Of a DNA stretch of 64,000 bases, positions 1 to 13,870 are shown in pieces. The position numbers and the translations under genes are program-made. Below the pieces are notes generated by a model. That model had not been told where the DNA came from. It did not search any database and saw only the letters and a list, made by a program, of their open reading frames with translations. The first letter of the stretch is position 1; each line of letters opens with the position of its first letter. This stretch comes from the human T2T-CHM13v2.0 reference genome, Homo sapiens. The stretch is from the NCBI RefSeq assembly GCF_009914755.1, contig NC_060939.1; one strand, 5' to 3'.

Positions 1-417
1 ATTCCTTTGGATTGCATTCCATTCGATTCCATTCCATTCGAATCAATTACATAGCAATCCATTACATTCGAGTCTATTCTATTCCGTTCCATTCGATTTC
101 GTTCCAATCCATTCGATTCCATTCCATTCGATTCCATTCCATGCTATTGCATTCCATTCGATTAAATTATATTCGAATAAGTTCCATTCAAGACCATTTC
201 TTTTGAGTCCATTCTATTTGAGTCCATTCCCTTTGATTCCATAACATTTGAGTCCATTCAATTCCATTCCTTTCGTTTCCATTCCATTTGATGCCATTCC
301 ATTCAATTCTGTTCTACTCGACTCCAATACATTCAATTCCATTCCATCCGATTCCATTACATTCTTTTCATTTCTTATCCTTTTCAAGCCATTCCATTCC
401 ATTCCATTCCACTCGTT

Positions 418-2271
418 TCCTTTCCATTCGAGTCCATTCCTCTCCAGTCCATTCCGTTCAATCCATTCCATTCCAGTCCATTCCATTCGAGTCCATTCCC
501 TTCCAGTCCATTCCATTCGAGTCAATTCCATTCCATTCGATGTCTTTCCATAACGATCCATTCCATTCTATTCCTTTCGATTCCATTCCATTCTATTTCA
601 TTCCATTCGATTCCCTTCCATTGGACTCCTTTCCATTCGAGTGCATTCCATTCCGTTCCGTTTCTTTCCGTTCTGTACGATTCCTACCGTTCGATTTCAT
701 TTTGTTCCAGTCCATTCCTCTCGCGTCCATTCCATTCCATTTCACTCCATTCGATTCCATTCCACTCGATTCCACTTCGTTCCATTTCATTGCATTCCGT
801 TCTATTCAACTCTATTGCCTTCCATTCCATTCCATTCGATTACATTCCATGCGATTCCATTCGAAATCGAATCAATTACATTGCAATCCATTACTATTGA
901 GTCCGTTTTATTCCAGTCCACTGCATTCTGGTCCATTCCATTTGATTCCATTCCATTCTATTCCATTCCATACAGTTGCATTCCATTGGATTCCATTCTA
1001 TATCTATAAATTCAATTCGAGGCCATTGCTTTTGAGTCCATTCTATATGATTCCATTCCATTCAAGTCTATTACATTTGGTATAATTCCCTTCCATTCCA
1101 TTCCCTTCCATTCCATTCCATTTGATATCAATCCATTCGATTCCATTCCATTCGAGCACATTCCATTCGAGTCCATTCCATTCGATGCCATTCCATTTGA
1201 TTCTATTCCATTAGTCTCCATTCAATTCCATTAATCTCCATTCCATTCCATTCTACTCCAACTGATTCCATTCCATTCTATTCCTTTCCATTCCATTTCA
1301 TTCCATTCCATTCCATTCTATTCCATTCCATTCCATTTCATTCCATTCCATTCCATTCGCTTCCATTCCATTCGTGTCCATTCCTCTCCAGTCCATTCCA
1401 TTCGTGTCCATTCCATTCCAGTCCATTCCATTTGTGTCCACTGCATTCCATTACACTCCATTCCATATTATTCCATTACACTCCATTCCATTCTATTACT
1501 TTCATTTCCATTCAATTCCATTCCATTTGATTCCATTCCACTCGGTTTCATTCCATTTGAGTCCATTCCATTCCATTCCATTCCATTCCATTCCATTCCA
1601 TTCCGTTCCATTCCTTTCAGTTCCATTCCATTCTGTTCCATTCCATTCCATTCCATTCCATTCCATTCCATTCCATTCGGTACCATTCCATATTGTTCCC
1701 TTCGATTCCATTCGAATCCATTCCATTCCAGTCCATTCCATTCGATTCCATTCCATTCCTTTCAATTCCATTCCATTCCATTCCATTCCACTTGATTCCA
1801 CTCCATTCCCTTCCACTGCATTCCATTCGATTCCATTCCATTGCATTGCATTCCATTCCATTGGATTGCATTCCATTCGATTCCATTCCATTCGAATCAA
1901 TTACATAGCAATCCATTACATTCGAGTCTATTCTATTCTGTTCCATTCGATTTCGTTCCAATCCATTCGATTCCATTCCATTCGATTCCATTCCATACTA
2001 TTGCATTCCATTCGATTAAATTATATTCGAATAAGTTCCATTCAAGACCATTTCTTTTGAGTCCATTCTATTTGAGTCCATTCCCTTTGATTCCATAACA
2101 TTTGAGTCCATTCAATTCCATTCCTTTCGTTTCCATTCCATCTGATGCCATTCCATTCAATTCTGTTCTACTCGACTCCAATACATTCAATTCCATTCCA
2201 TCCGATTCCATTACATTCTTTTCATTTCTTATCCATTTCAAGCCATTCCATTCCTTTCCATTCCACTCGTT
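418..2271 (+). repeat. T' module (1854 bp) of a partial long unit
   Basis: Near-identical to 7169-9022 (offset 6751) and 58273-60126 (offset 57855). KpnI GGTACC at 1679. Confidence 0.85.
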
Positions 2272-5200
2272 TCCTTTCCATTCGAGTCCATTCCACTCCA
2301 CTCCATTCCATTCGAATACATTTCACTCCAGTCCATTCCATTCGAATTCATTTCACTCCAGTGCATTAAATTCGAGTACATTCCATTCCATTCTATTGAA
2401 TGCCATTCCATTCGATTCTATTCCTTTTGACACCATTCCGTTCCATCCGATTCCATTCCATTGTATTCCATTCAATTCCATTCCATTGCATTCCATTCCA
2501 TTCCATTCGTTTCCATTTCATTCTAATTCATTCCGCTCAAGTCCATTCCATTCGAGTCCATTCCCTTCCAGTCCATTCCAATAGAGTCCATTGCTTTCCA
2601 TTCCATTCGATATCTTCCCATTACAGTCCATTCCATTCTATTCCTTTGGTTCCCATTCAATTCAATTCCATTTGATTACATTTCATTTGATTACATTCCA
2701 TTCGACTCCATTCCATTCGAGTCCATTCCATTCCAGTCCATTCCATTCGATTCCATTCCATTCGATTCCATTCCACTCATTTCCACTCCGTTGCATTCCA
2801 TTGCATTCCATTCTATTCCATTCCATTGCATTCCATTCCTTTCGATTCCATTCCATTCGAATCAATTACATTGCAATGCATTACTTTCATGCCCTTTCTA
2901 TTAAAGTCCAATGCATTATGGTCCATTCCATTCAATTCCATTCTATTCCATTCCATTCGAATCAATTACATTGCAATCCATCACATTCAAGTACCTTCTG
3001 TTCCAGTCCATTCAATTCTGGTCTATTCCATTCAATTCCATTCCCTTTGTTTCCATTCCATTCTTGTACATTCCATTGGATTCCATCTCATTGAAATAAG
3101 TTCTATTCGAGACCATTTCTTCGAGTCCAATCAATTTGAGTCCATTCCATTCGAGTCCATTACATCTGGGTCTATTCCATTCCATCCCATTCCATTCGAT
3201 GCCATTCAATTTGATTCTTTTCCTTTCGGCTCCATTCCTTTCCTTTCAGTTCCATCGGATTCCATTCCATTCTATTCCTTTCCATTTCATTGCATTCCAT
3301 TCCATTCCACTGGAGACCATTCCACTTCAGTGCATTCCATTCCAGTGTATTCCATTCCATTCCATTCCATTCCATTCCATTCCATTCCATTCCATTCCAT
3401 TCCATTCCATTCCATTCGATATCTTTCCATTACACTCCATTCCATTGTATTCCTTTACAGTCCATTCATTTCCATTCTATTCGATTCCATTCAATTCAAT
3501 TCCATTACATTCGACTCCATTTCATTCGAGTCCATTGCTATCCATTTCATTCCAATTCTTTCTGTTCTATTCCATTCCGTTCGATTCCATTTTGTTCCAG
3601 TCCATTCCATTCGAGTCCATTGCTTTCCAGTGCAATTCATTTGATTCCACTCCATTCGATTCCATTCCACTCAATTCCACTCCGTTCCATTCCTTTGCGT
3701 TCCTTTCTCTTCCATTCCATTGCATTCCATTCCATTCCATTCCATTTGTTTACATTCCATTGAATTCCAATCCAGTTGAATCAATTACATTGCAGTCCAT
3801 TACATTCGAGTCTGTTCTATCCCAGTTCATTCGATTCTGGTGCATTCCATTGGATTCCTTTCCATTCGATACCATTCCATACTATTGCATTCCATTCGAT
3901 TCCATTGTTTTCGAATAAATTCCAATCGAGACCATTCCTTTCGTGTCCATTCTATTTGACTCCATTCCATTTGAGTCCAATAAATTTGTGAACAGTCCAT
4001 TCCTTTCCATTCCATTCCATTCCATTCCATTCGGTGCCATTCCATTCCACTCTATTCCATTCAAGTCCATTCTATTTGATTCCATTCCATTCCATTCGAT
4101 GCCATTACATTCAATTCTATTCCATTCGACTCCATTCAATTCCATTCTCTTCCAAACGATTCCATTCCATTCTATTACTTTCTATTCCAATCCATTCCAT
4201 TCCTTTCCATTCGTTTCCATTCCATTCGAGTCCACTCCACTCCAGTCCATTCCATTCCAGGCCATTCCATTCAAGTCCATTCCACTCCATTCCATTCCAT
4301 TCGATATCTTTCAATAACACCCCATTCCATTCTGTTCCTTACAAATCAATTCAATTCCATTCCATTTGATTCCATTAAATTCGATTACATTCCATTCGAC
4401 TCCATTCCATTCGACTCTATTCCATTCAAGTCCATTCCATTCCATTCCATTGCATTCCGTTCGAATCCCTATTCCATTGCATTTTGTTCCAGTCCATTCC
4501 ATTTGAGTCCATTCCATGCCAAATCATTCCATTTGATTCCATTCCAATCGATTCCATTGCACTCGAATCCAGTGCGTTCCATTCCATTGCTTTCCATTCT
4601 ATTACATTCCATTGCATTACTTTGCATTCCATTTGATTACATTCCTTTCGATTGCATTAATTTCGAATCAATTACATTGCAATCCATTGCATTCGAGTTC
4701 TATTCCAGTCCATTCCAGTCCATTCAAATCAGGCCCATTCCGTTCCATTCCATTCCATTCGATTCCATTCCATTCGAATCGATTGCATTGCAATGCTTTA
4801 CATTCAAGTCTGTTTTATTCCAGTCCAATCCATTCCGGTCCATTCCGTTCGATTCCATTCCATTCGATGCCATTCCATACTATTGTATTTCATTCGATTC
4901 CATTCTATTCAAATAAATTCCACTCGAGACCATTCCTTTGAGTCCATTCTATTTGAGTCCATTCCATTCGAGTCCATTACATTTGGGTCCATTCCATTCA
5001 ATTCCAATGCAATCCATTCCATTCGATGTCACTCCATTCATTTTTATTCCATTAGAATCCATGTCATTCGAGTCCATTCCATTCTATTCCATTCCACTCC
5101 ATTCCATTCCATTCCACTCCATTCCATTCGTTGCCGTTCCATTCAATTCTATTATATTCCACTCCATTTAATTCCATTCCATTCCATTCCATTCTATCCA

Positions 5201-8200
5201 ATTCCGTTCCATTCTATTCCTTTAAATTCTTCCATTCCATTCCATTCGTTTCCATTCCATTCGAGTAAAGTCCACTCCAGTCCTTTCCATTCGAGTCCAT
5301 TCCTCTCCAGTGCATTCCGTTCAATCCATTCCATTCCAGTCCATTCCATTCGAGTCCGTTCCATTCCAGTCCATTCCATTCGAGTCAATTCCATTCAATT
5401 CGACATCTTTCCATAACGATCCATTCCATTCTATTCCTTTCGATTCCATTCCATTCTATTTCATTCCATTCGATTCCCTTCCATTGGACTCCTTTCCATT
5501 CGAGTGCATTCCATTCCGTTCCATTTCTTTCCGTTCTGTACAATTCCTACCGTTCGATTTCATTTTGTTCCAGTCCATTCCTTTCGCGTCCATTCCATTC
5601 CATTTCACTCCATTCGATTCCATTCCATTCGATTCCATTCCACTCGATTCCACTTCGTTCCATTTCATTGCATTCCATTCTATTCACCTCTATTGCCTTC
5701 CATTCCATTCCATTCGATTACATTCCATGCGATTCCATTCGAAATTGAATCAATTACATTGCTATCCATTACTATTGAGTCCGTTTTATTCCAGTGCACT
5801 GCATTCTGGTCCATTCCATTTGATTCCATTCCATTCTATTCCATTCCATACAGTTGCATTCCATTGGATTCCATTCTATATCTATAAATTCAATTCGAGA
5901 CCATTGCTTTTGAGTCCATTCTATATGATTCCATTCCATTCAAGTCCATTACATTTGGTTCAATTCCATTCCATTCCATTCCCTTCCATTCCATTCCATT
6001 TGATATCAATCCATTCGATTCCATTCCATTCGAGCACATTCCATTCGAGTCCATTCCATTCGATGCCATTCCATTTGATTCTATTCCATTAGTCTCCTTT
6101 CAATTCCATTAATCTCCATTCCATTCCATTCTACTCCAACTGATTCCATTCCATTCTATTCCTTTCCATTCCATTTCATTCCATTCCATTCCATTTCATT
6201 CCATTCCATTCCATTCGCTTCCATTCCGTTCGTGTACATTCCACTCCAGTCCATCCCATTCGTGTCCATTCCATTCCAGTCCATTCCATTTGTGTCCACT
6301 GCATTCCATTACACTCCATTCCATATTATTCCATTACACTCCATTCCATTCTATTACTTTCATTTCCATTCAATTCCATTCCATTTGATTCCATTCCACT
6401 CGGTTTCATTCCATTTGAGTCCATTCCATTCCATTCCATTCCATTCCATTCCATTCCATTCCGTTCCATTCCTTTCAGTTCCATTCCATTCTGTTCCATT
6501 CCATTCCGTTCCATTCCATTCCATTCCATTCCGTTCCATTCCATTCCATTCCATTCCATTCCATTCCATTCCATTCGGTAACATTCCATATTGTTCCATT
6601 CGATTCCATTTGAATCCATCCATTCCAGTCCATTCCATTCGATTCCATTCCATTCCTTTCAATTCCCTTCCATTCCATTCCATTCCACTTGATTCCACTC
6701 CATTCCCTTCCACTGCATTTCATTCGATTCCATTCCATTGCATTGCATTCCATTCCTTTGGATTGCATTCCATTCGATTCCATTCCATTCGAATCAATTA
6801 CATAGCAATCCATTACATTCGAGTCTATTCTATTCCGTTCCATTCGATTTCGTTCCAATCCATTCGATTCCATTCCATTCGATTCCATTCCATGCTATTG
6901 CATTCCATTCGATTAAATTATATTCGAATAAGTTCCATTCAAGACCATTTCTTTTGAGTCCATTCTATTTGAGTCCATTCCCTTTGATTCCATAACATTT
7001 GAGTCCATTCAATTCCATTCCTTTCGTTTCCATTCCATTTGATGCCATTCCATTCAATTCTGTTCTACTCGACTCCAATACATTCAATTCCATTCCATCC
7101 GATTCCATTACATTCTTTTCATTTCTTATCCTTTTCAAGCCATTCCATTCCATTCCATTCCACTCGTTTCCTTTCCATTCGAGTCCATTCCTCTCCAGTC
7201 CATTCCGTTCAATCCATTCCATTCCAGTCCATTCCATTCGAGTCCATTCCCTTCCAGTCCTTTCCATTCGAGTCAATTCCATTCCATTCGATGTCTTTCC
7301 ATAACGATCCATTCCATTCTATTCCTTTCGATTCCATTCCATTCTATTTCATTCCATTCGATTCCCTTCCATTGGACTCCTTTCCATTCGAGTGCATTCC
7401 ATTCCGTTCCGTTTCTTTCCGTTCTGTACGATTCCTACCGTTCGATTTCATTTTGTTCCAGTCCATTCCTCTCGCGTCCATTCCATTCCATTTCACTCCA
7501 TTCGATTCCATTCCACTCGATTCCACTTCGTTCCATTTCATTGCATTCCGTTCTATTCAACTCTATTGCCTTCCATTCCATTCCATTCGATTACATTCCA
7601 TGCGATTCCATTCGAAATCGAATCAATTACATTGCAATCCATTACTATTGAGTCCGTTTTATTCCAGTCCACTGCATTCTGGTCCATTCCATTTGATTCC
7701 ATTCCATTCTATTCCATTCCATACAGTTGCATTCCATTGGATTCCATTCTATATCTATAAATTCAATTCGAGGCCATTGCTTTTGAGTCCATTCTATATG
7801 ATTCCATTCCATTCAAGTCTATTACATTTGGTATAATTCCCTTCCATTCCATTCCCTTCCATTCCATTCCATTTGATATCAATCCATTCGATTCCATTCC
7901 ATTCGAGCACATTCCATTCGAGTCCATTCCATTCGATGCCATTCCATTTGATTCTATTCCATTAGTCTCCATTCAATTCCATTAATCTCCATTCCATTCC
8001 ATTCTACTCCAACTGATTCCATTCCATTCTATTCCTTTCCATTCCATTTCATTCCATTCCATTCCATTCTATTCCATTCCATTCCATTTCATTCCATTCC
8101 ATTCCATTCGCTTCCATTCCATTCGTGTCCATTCCACTCCAGTCCATTCCATTCGTGTCCATTCCATTCCAGTCCATTCCATTTGTGTCCACTGCATTCC

Positions 8201-9022
8201 ATTACACTCCATTCCATATTATTCCGTTACACTCCATTCCATTCTATTACTTTCATTTCCATTCAATTCCATTCCATTTGATTCCATTCCACTCGGTTTC
8301 ATTCCATTTGAGTCCATTCCATTCCATTCCATTCCATTCCATTCCATTCCATTCCGTTCCATTCCTTTCAGTTCCATTCCATTCTGTTCCATTCCATTCC
8401 ATTCCATTCCATTCCATTCCATTCCATTCGGTACCATTCCATATTGTTCCCTTCGATTGCATTCGAATCCATTCCATTCCAGTCCATTCCATTCGATTCC
8501 ATTCCATTCCTTTCAATTCCATTCCATTCCATTCCATTCCACTTGATTCCACTCCATTCCCTTCCACTGCATTCCATTCGATTCCATTCCATTGCATTGC
8601 ATTCCATTCCATTGGATTGCATTCCATTCGATTCCATTCCATTCGAATCAATTACATAGCAATCCATTACATTCGAGTCTATTCTATTCCGTTCCATTCG
8701 ATTTCGTTCCAATCCATTCGATTCCATTCCATTCGATTCCATTCCATACTATTGCATTCCATTCGATTAAATTATATTCGAATAAGTTCCATTCAAGACC
8801 ATTTCTTTTGAGTCCATTCTATTTGAGTCCATTCCCTTTGATTCCATAACATTTGAGTCCATTCAATTCCATTCCTTTCGTTTCCATTCCATCTGATGCC
8901 ATTCCATTCAATTCTGTTCTACTCGACTCCAATACATTCAATTCCATTCCATCCGATTCCATTACATTCTTTTCATTTCTTATCCATTTCAAGCCATTCC
9001 ATTCCTTTCCATTCCACTCGTT
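2272..9022 (+). repeat. Long higher-order unit L1 (6751 bp): C 2272-5280, T 5281-7168, T' 7169-9022
   Basis: Landmarks recur at +6751 (ORF starts 248/6999, 2591/9342, 4503/11254). Confidence 0.9.
3349..3413 (+). repeat. Pure (ATTCC)13 tract inside module C; length-variable between units
   Basis: 13 perfect pentamers counted between CCAGTGT and ATTCGATATC. Confidence 0.9.
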
Positions 9023-12000
9023 TCCTTTCCATTCGAGTCCATTCCACTCCACTCCATTCCATTCGAATACATTTCACTCCAGTCCATTCCATTCGAATTC
9101 ATTTCACTCCAGTCCATTAAATTCGAGTACATTCCATTCCATTCTATTCAATGCCATTCCATTCGATTCTATTCCTTTTGACACCATTCCGTTCCATCCG
9201 ATTCCATTCCATTGTATTCCATTCAATTCCATTCCATTGCATTCCATTCCATTCCATTCGTTTCCATTTCATTCTAATTCATTCCGCTCAAGTCCATTCC
9301 ATTCGAGTCCATTCCCTTCCAGTCCATTCCAATAGAGTCCATTGCTTTCCATTCCATTCGATATCTTCCCATTACAGTCCATTCCATTCTATTCCTTTGG
9401 TTCCCATTCAATTCAATTCCATTTGATTACATTTCATTTGATTACATTCCATTCGACTCCATTCCATTCGAGTCCATTCCATTCCAGTCCATTCCATTCG
9501 ATTCCATTCCATTCGATTCCATTCCACTCATTTCCACTCCGTTGCATTCCATTGCATTCCATTCTATTCCATTCCATTGCATTCCATTCCTTTCGATTCC
9601 ATTCCATTCGAATCAATTACATTGCAATGCATTACTTTCATGCCCTTTCTATTAAAGTCCAATGCATTATGGTCCATTCCATTCAATTCCATTCTATTCC
9701 ATTCCATTCGAATCAATTACATTGCAATCCATCACATTCAAGTACCTTCTGTTCCAGTCCATTCAATTCTGGTCTATTCCATTCAATTCCATTCCCTTTG
9801 TTTCCATTCCATTCTTGTACATTCCATTGGATTCCATCTCATTGAAATAAGTTCTATTCGAGACCATTTCTTCGAGTCCAATCAATTTGAGTCCATTCCA
9901 TTCGAGTCCATTACATCTGGGTCTATTCCATTCCATCCCATTCCATTCGATGCCATTCAATTTGATTCTTTTCCTTTCGGCTCCATTCCTTTCCTTTCAG
10001 TTCCATCGGATTCCATTCCATTCTATTCCTTTCCATTTCATTGCATTCCATTCCATTCCACTGGAGACCATTCCACTTCAGTGCATTCCATTCCAGTGTA
10101 TTCCATTCCATTCCATTCCATTCCGTTCCATTCCATTCCATTCCATTCCATTCCATTCCATTCCATTCGATATCTTTCCATTACACTCCATTCCATTGTA
10201 TTCCTTTACAGTCCATTCATTTCCATTCTATTCGATTCCATTCAATTCAATTCCATTACATTCGACTCCATTTCATTCGAGTCCATTGCTATCCATTTCA
10301 TTCCAATTCTTTCTGTTCTATTCCATTCCGTTCGATTCCATTTTGTTCCAGTCCATTCCATTCGAGTCCATTGCTTTCCAGTGCAATTCATTTGATTCCA
10401 CTCCATTCGATTCCATTCCACTCAATTCCACTCCGTTCCATTCCTTTGCGTTCCTTTCTCTTCCATTCCATTGCATTCCATTCCATTCCATTCCATTTGT
10501 TTACATTCCATTGAATTCCAATCCAGTTGAATCAATTACATTGCAGTCCATTACATTCGAGTCTGTTCTATCCCAGTTCATTCGATTCTGGTGCATTCCA
10601 TTGGATTCCTTTCCATTCGATACCATTCCATACTATTGCATTCCATTCGATTCCATTGTTTTCGAATAAATTCCAATCGAGACCATTCCTTTCGTGTCCA
10701 TTCTATTTGACTCCATTCCATTTGAGTCCAATAAATTTGTGAACATTCCATTCCTTTCCATTCCATTCCATTCCATTCCATTCGGTGCCATTCCATTCCA
10801 CTCTATTCCATTCAAGTCCATTCTATTTGATTCCATTCCATTCCATTCGATGCCATTACATTCAATTCTATTCCATTCGACTCCATTCAATTCCATTCTC
10901 TTCCAAACGATTCCATTCCATTCTATTACTTTCTATTCCAATCCATTCCATTCCTTTCCATTCGTTTCCATTCCATTCGAGTCCACTCCACTCCAGTCCA
11001 TTCCATTCCAGGCCATTCCATTCAAGTCCATTCCACTCCATTCCATTCCATTCGATATCTTTCAATAACACCCCATTCCATTCTGTTCCTTACAAATCAA
11101 TTCAATTCCATTCCATTTGATTCCATTAAATTCGATTACATTCCATTCGACTCCATTCCATTCGACTCTATTCCATTCAAGTCCATTCCATTCCATTCCA
11201 TTGCATTCCGTTCGAATCCCTATTCCATTGCATTTTGTTCCAGTCCATTCCATTTGAGTCCATTCCATGCCAAATCATTCCATTTGATTCCATTCCAATC
11301 GATTCCATTGCACTCGAATCCAGTGCGTTCCATTCCATTGCTTTCCATTCTATTACATTCCATTGCATTACTTTGCATTCCATTTGATTACATTCCTTTC
11401 GATTGCATTAATTTCGAATCAATTACATTGCAATCCATTGCATTCGAGTTCTATTCCAGTCCATTCCAGTCCATTCAAATCAGGCCCATTCCGTTCCATT
11501 CCATTCCATTCGATTCCATTCCATTCGAATCGATTGCATTGCAATGCTTTACATTCAAGTCTGTTTTATTCCAGTCCAATCCATTCCGGTCCATTCTGTT
11601 CGATTCCATTCCATTCGATGCCATTCCATACTATTGTATTTCATTCGATTCCATTCTATTCAAATAAATTCCACTCGAGACCATTCCTTTGAGTCCATTC
11701 TATTTGAGTCCATTCCATTCGAGTCCATTACATTTGGGTCCATTCCATTCAATTCCAATGCAATCCATTCCATTCGATGTCACTCCATTCATTTTTATTC
11801 CATTAGAATCCATGTCATTCGAGTCCATTCCATTCTATTCCATTCCACTCCATTCCATTCCATTCTACTCCATTCCATTCGTTGCCGTTCCATTCAATTC
11901 TATTATATTCCACTCCATTTAATTCCATTCCATTCCATTCCATTCTATCCAATTCCGTTCCATTCTATTCCTTTAAATTCTTCCATTCCATTCCATTCGT

Positions 12001-13870
12001 TTCCATTCCATTCGAGTAAAGTCCACTCCAGTCCTTTCCATTCGAGTCCATTCCTCTCCAGTGCATTCCGTTCAATCCATTCCATTCCAGTCCATTCCAT
12101 TCGAGTCCGTTCCATTCCAGTCCATTCCATTCGAGTCAATTCCATTCAATTCGACATCTTTCCATAACGATCCATTCCATTCTATTCCTTTCGATTCCAT
12201 TCCATTCTATTTCATTCCATTCGATTCCCTTCCATTGGACTCCTTTCCATTCGAGTGCATTCCATTCCGTTCCATTTCTTTCCGTTCTGTACAATTCCTA
12301 CCGTTTGATTTCATTTTGTTCCAGTCCATTCCTTTCGCGTCCATTCCATTCCATTTCACTCCATTCGATTCCATTCCATTCGATTCCATTCCACTCGATT
12401 CCACTTCGTTCCATTTCATTGCATTCCATTCTATTCACCTCTATTGCCTTCCATTCCATTCCATTCGATTACATTCCATGCGATTCCATTCGAAATTGAA
12501 TCAATTACATTGCTATCCATTACTATTGAGTCCGTTTTATTCCAGTGCACTGCATTCTGGTCCATTCCATTTGATTCCATTCCATTCTATTCCATTCCAT
12601 ACAGTTGCATTCCATTGGATTCCATTCTATATCTATAAATTCAATTCGAGACCATTGCTTTTGAGTCCATTCTATATGATTCCATTCCATTCAAGTCCAT
12701 TACATTTGGTTCAATTCCATTCCATTCCATTCCCTTCCATTCCATTCCATTTGATATCAATCCATTCGATTCCATTCCATTCGAGCACATTCCATTCGAG
12801 TCCATTCCATTCGATGCCATTCCATTTGATTCTATTCCATTAGTCTCCTTTCAATTCCATTAATCTCCATTCCATTCCATTCTACTCCAACTGATTCCAT
12901 TCCATTCTATTCCTTTCCATTCCATTTCATTCCATTCCATTCCATTTCATTCCATTCCATTCCATTCGCTTCCATTCCGTTCGTGTACATTCCACTCCAG
13001 TCCATTCCATTCGTGTCCATTCCATTCCAGTCCATTCCATTTGTGTCCACTGCATTCCATTACACTCCATTCCATATTATTCCATTACACTCCATTCCAT
13101 TCTATTACTTTCATTTCCATTCAATTCCATTCCATTTGATTCCATTCCACTCGCTTTCATTCCATTTGAGTCCATTCCATTCCATTCCATTCCATTCCAT
13201 TCCATTCCATTCCATTCCATTCCGTTCCATTCCTTTCAGTTCCATTCCATTCTGTTCCATTCCATTCCATTCCATTCCATTCCATTCCATTCGGTTCCAT
13301 TCCATATTGTTCCCTTTGATTCCATTCGAATCCATTCCATTCCAGTCCATTCCATTCGATTCCATTCCATTCCTTTCAATTCCATTCCATTCCATTCCAT
13401 TCCACTTGATTCCACTCCATTCCCTTCCACTGCATTCCATTCGATTCCATTCCATTGCATTGGCTTGCATTCCATTCGATTCCATTCCATTCGAATCAAT
13501 TACATAGCAATCCATTACATTCGAGTCTATTCTATTCCGTTCCATTCGATTTCGTTCCAATCCATTCGATTCCATTCCATTCGATTCCATTCCATGCTAT
13601 TGCATTCCATTCGATTAAATTATATTCGAATAAGTTCCATTCAAGACCATTTCTTTTGAGTCCATTCTATTTGAGTCCATTCCCTTTGATTCCATAACAT
13701 TTGAGTCCATTCAATTCCATTCCTTTCGTTTCCATTCCATCTGATGCCATTCCATTCAATTCTGTTCTACTCGACTCCAATACATTCAATTCCATTCCAT
13801 CCGATTCCATTACATTCTTTTCATTTCTTATCCATTTCAAGCCATTCCATTCCTTTCCATTCCACTCGTT
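9023..13870 (+). repeat. Short unit S1 (4848 bp), L-to-S junction unit
   Basis: Landmark spacing 8853->13701 and 9342->14190 = 4848. Only one T-type module (from 12032). L-type variants on the left, S-type from about 13150. Confidence 0.85.

Noticed and set aside
418-2294. T' as a mobile element flanked by 23-bp direct repeats
   Set aside because: It is a paralogue of the adjacent T module made entirely of satellite, with no terminal repeats, poly-A or coding capacity. Unequal exchange explains it.
3914-3919. AATAAA poly(A) signals (also about 4912) and TATAAA at about 1005
   Set aside because: These are variants of the recurring subunit block in AT-rich DNA, with no supporting gene context.
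39-6950. CRISPR-like repeat-spacer array suggested by recurring GAATCAATTAC blocks
   Set aside because: The intervals are about 1 kb of the same satellite, the blocks are diverged, and there are no unique spacers or cas genes.
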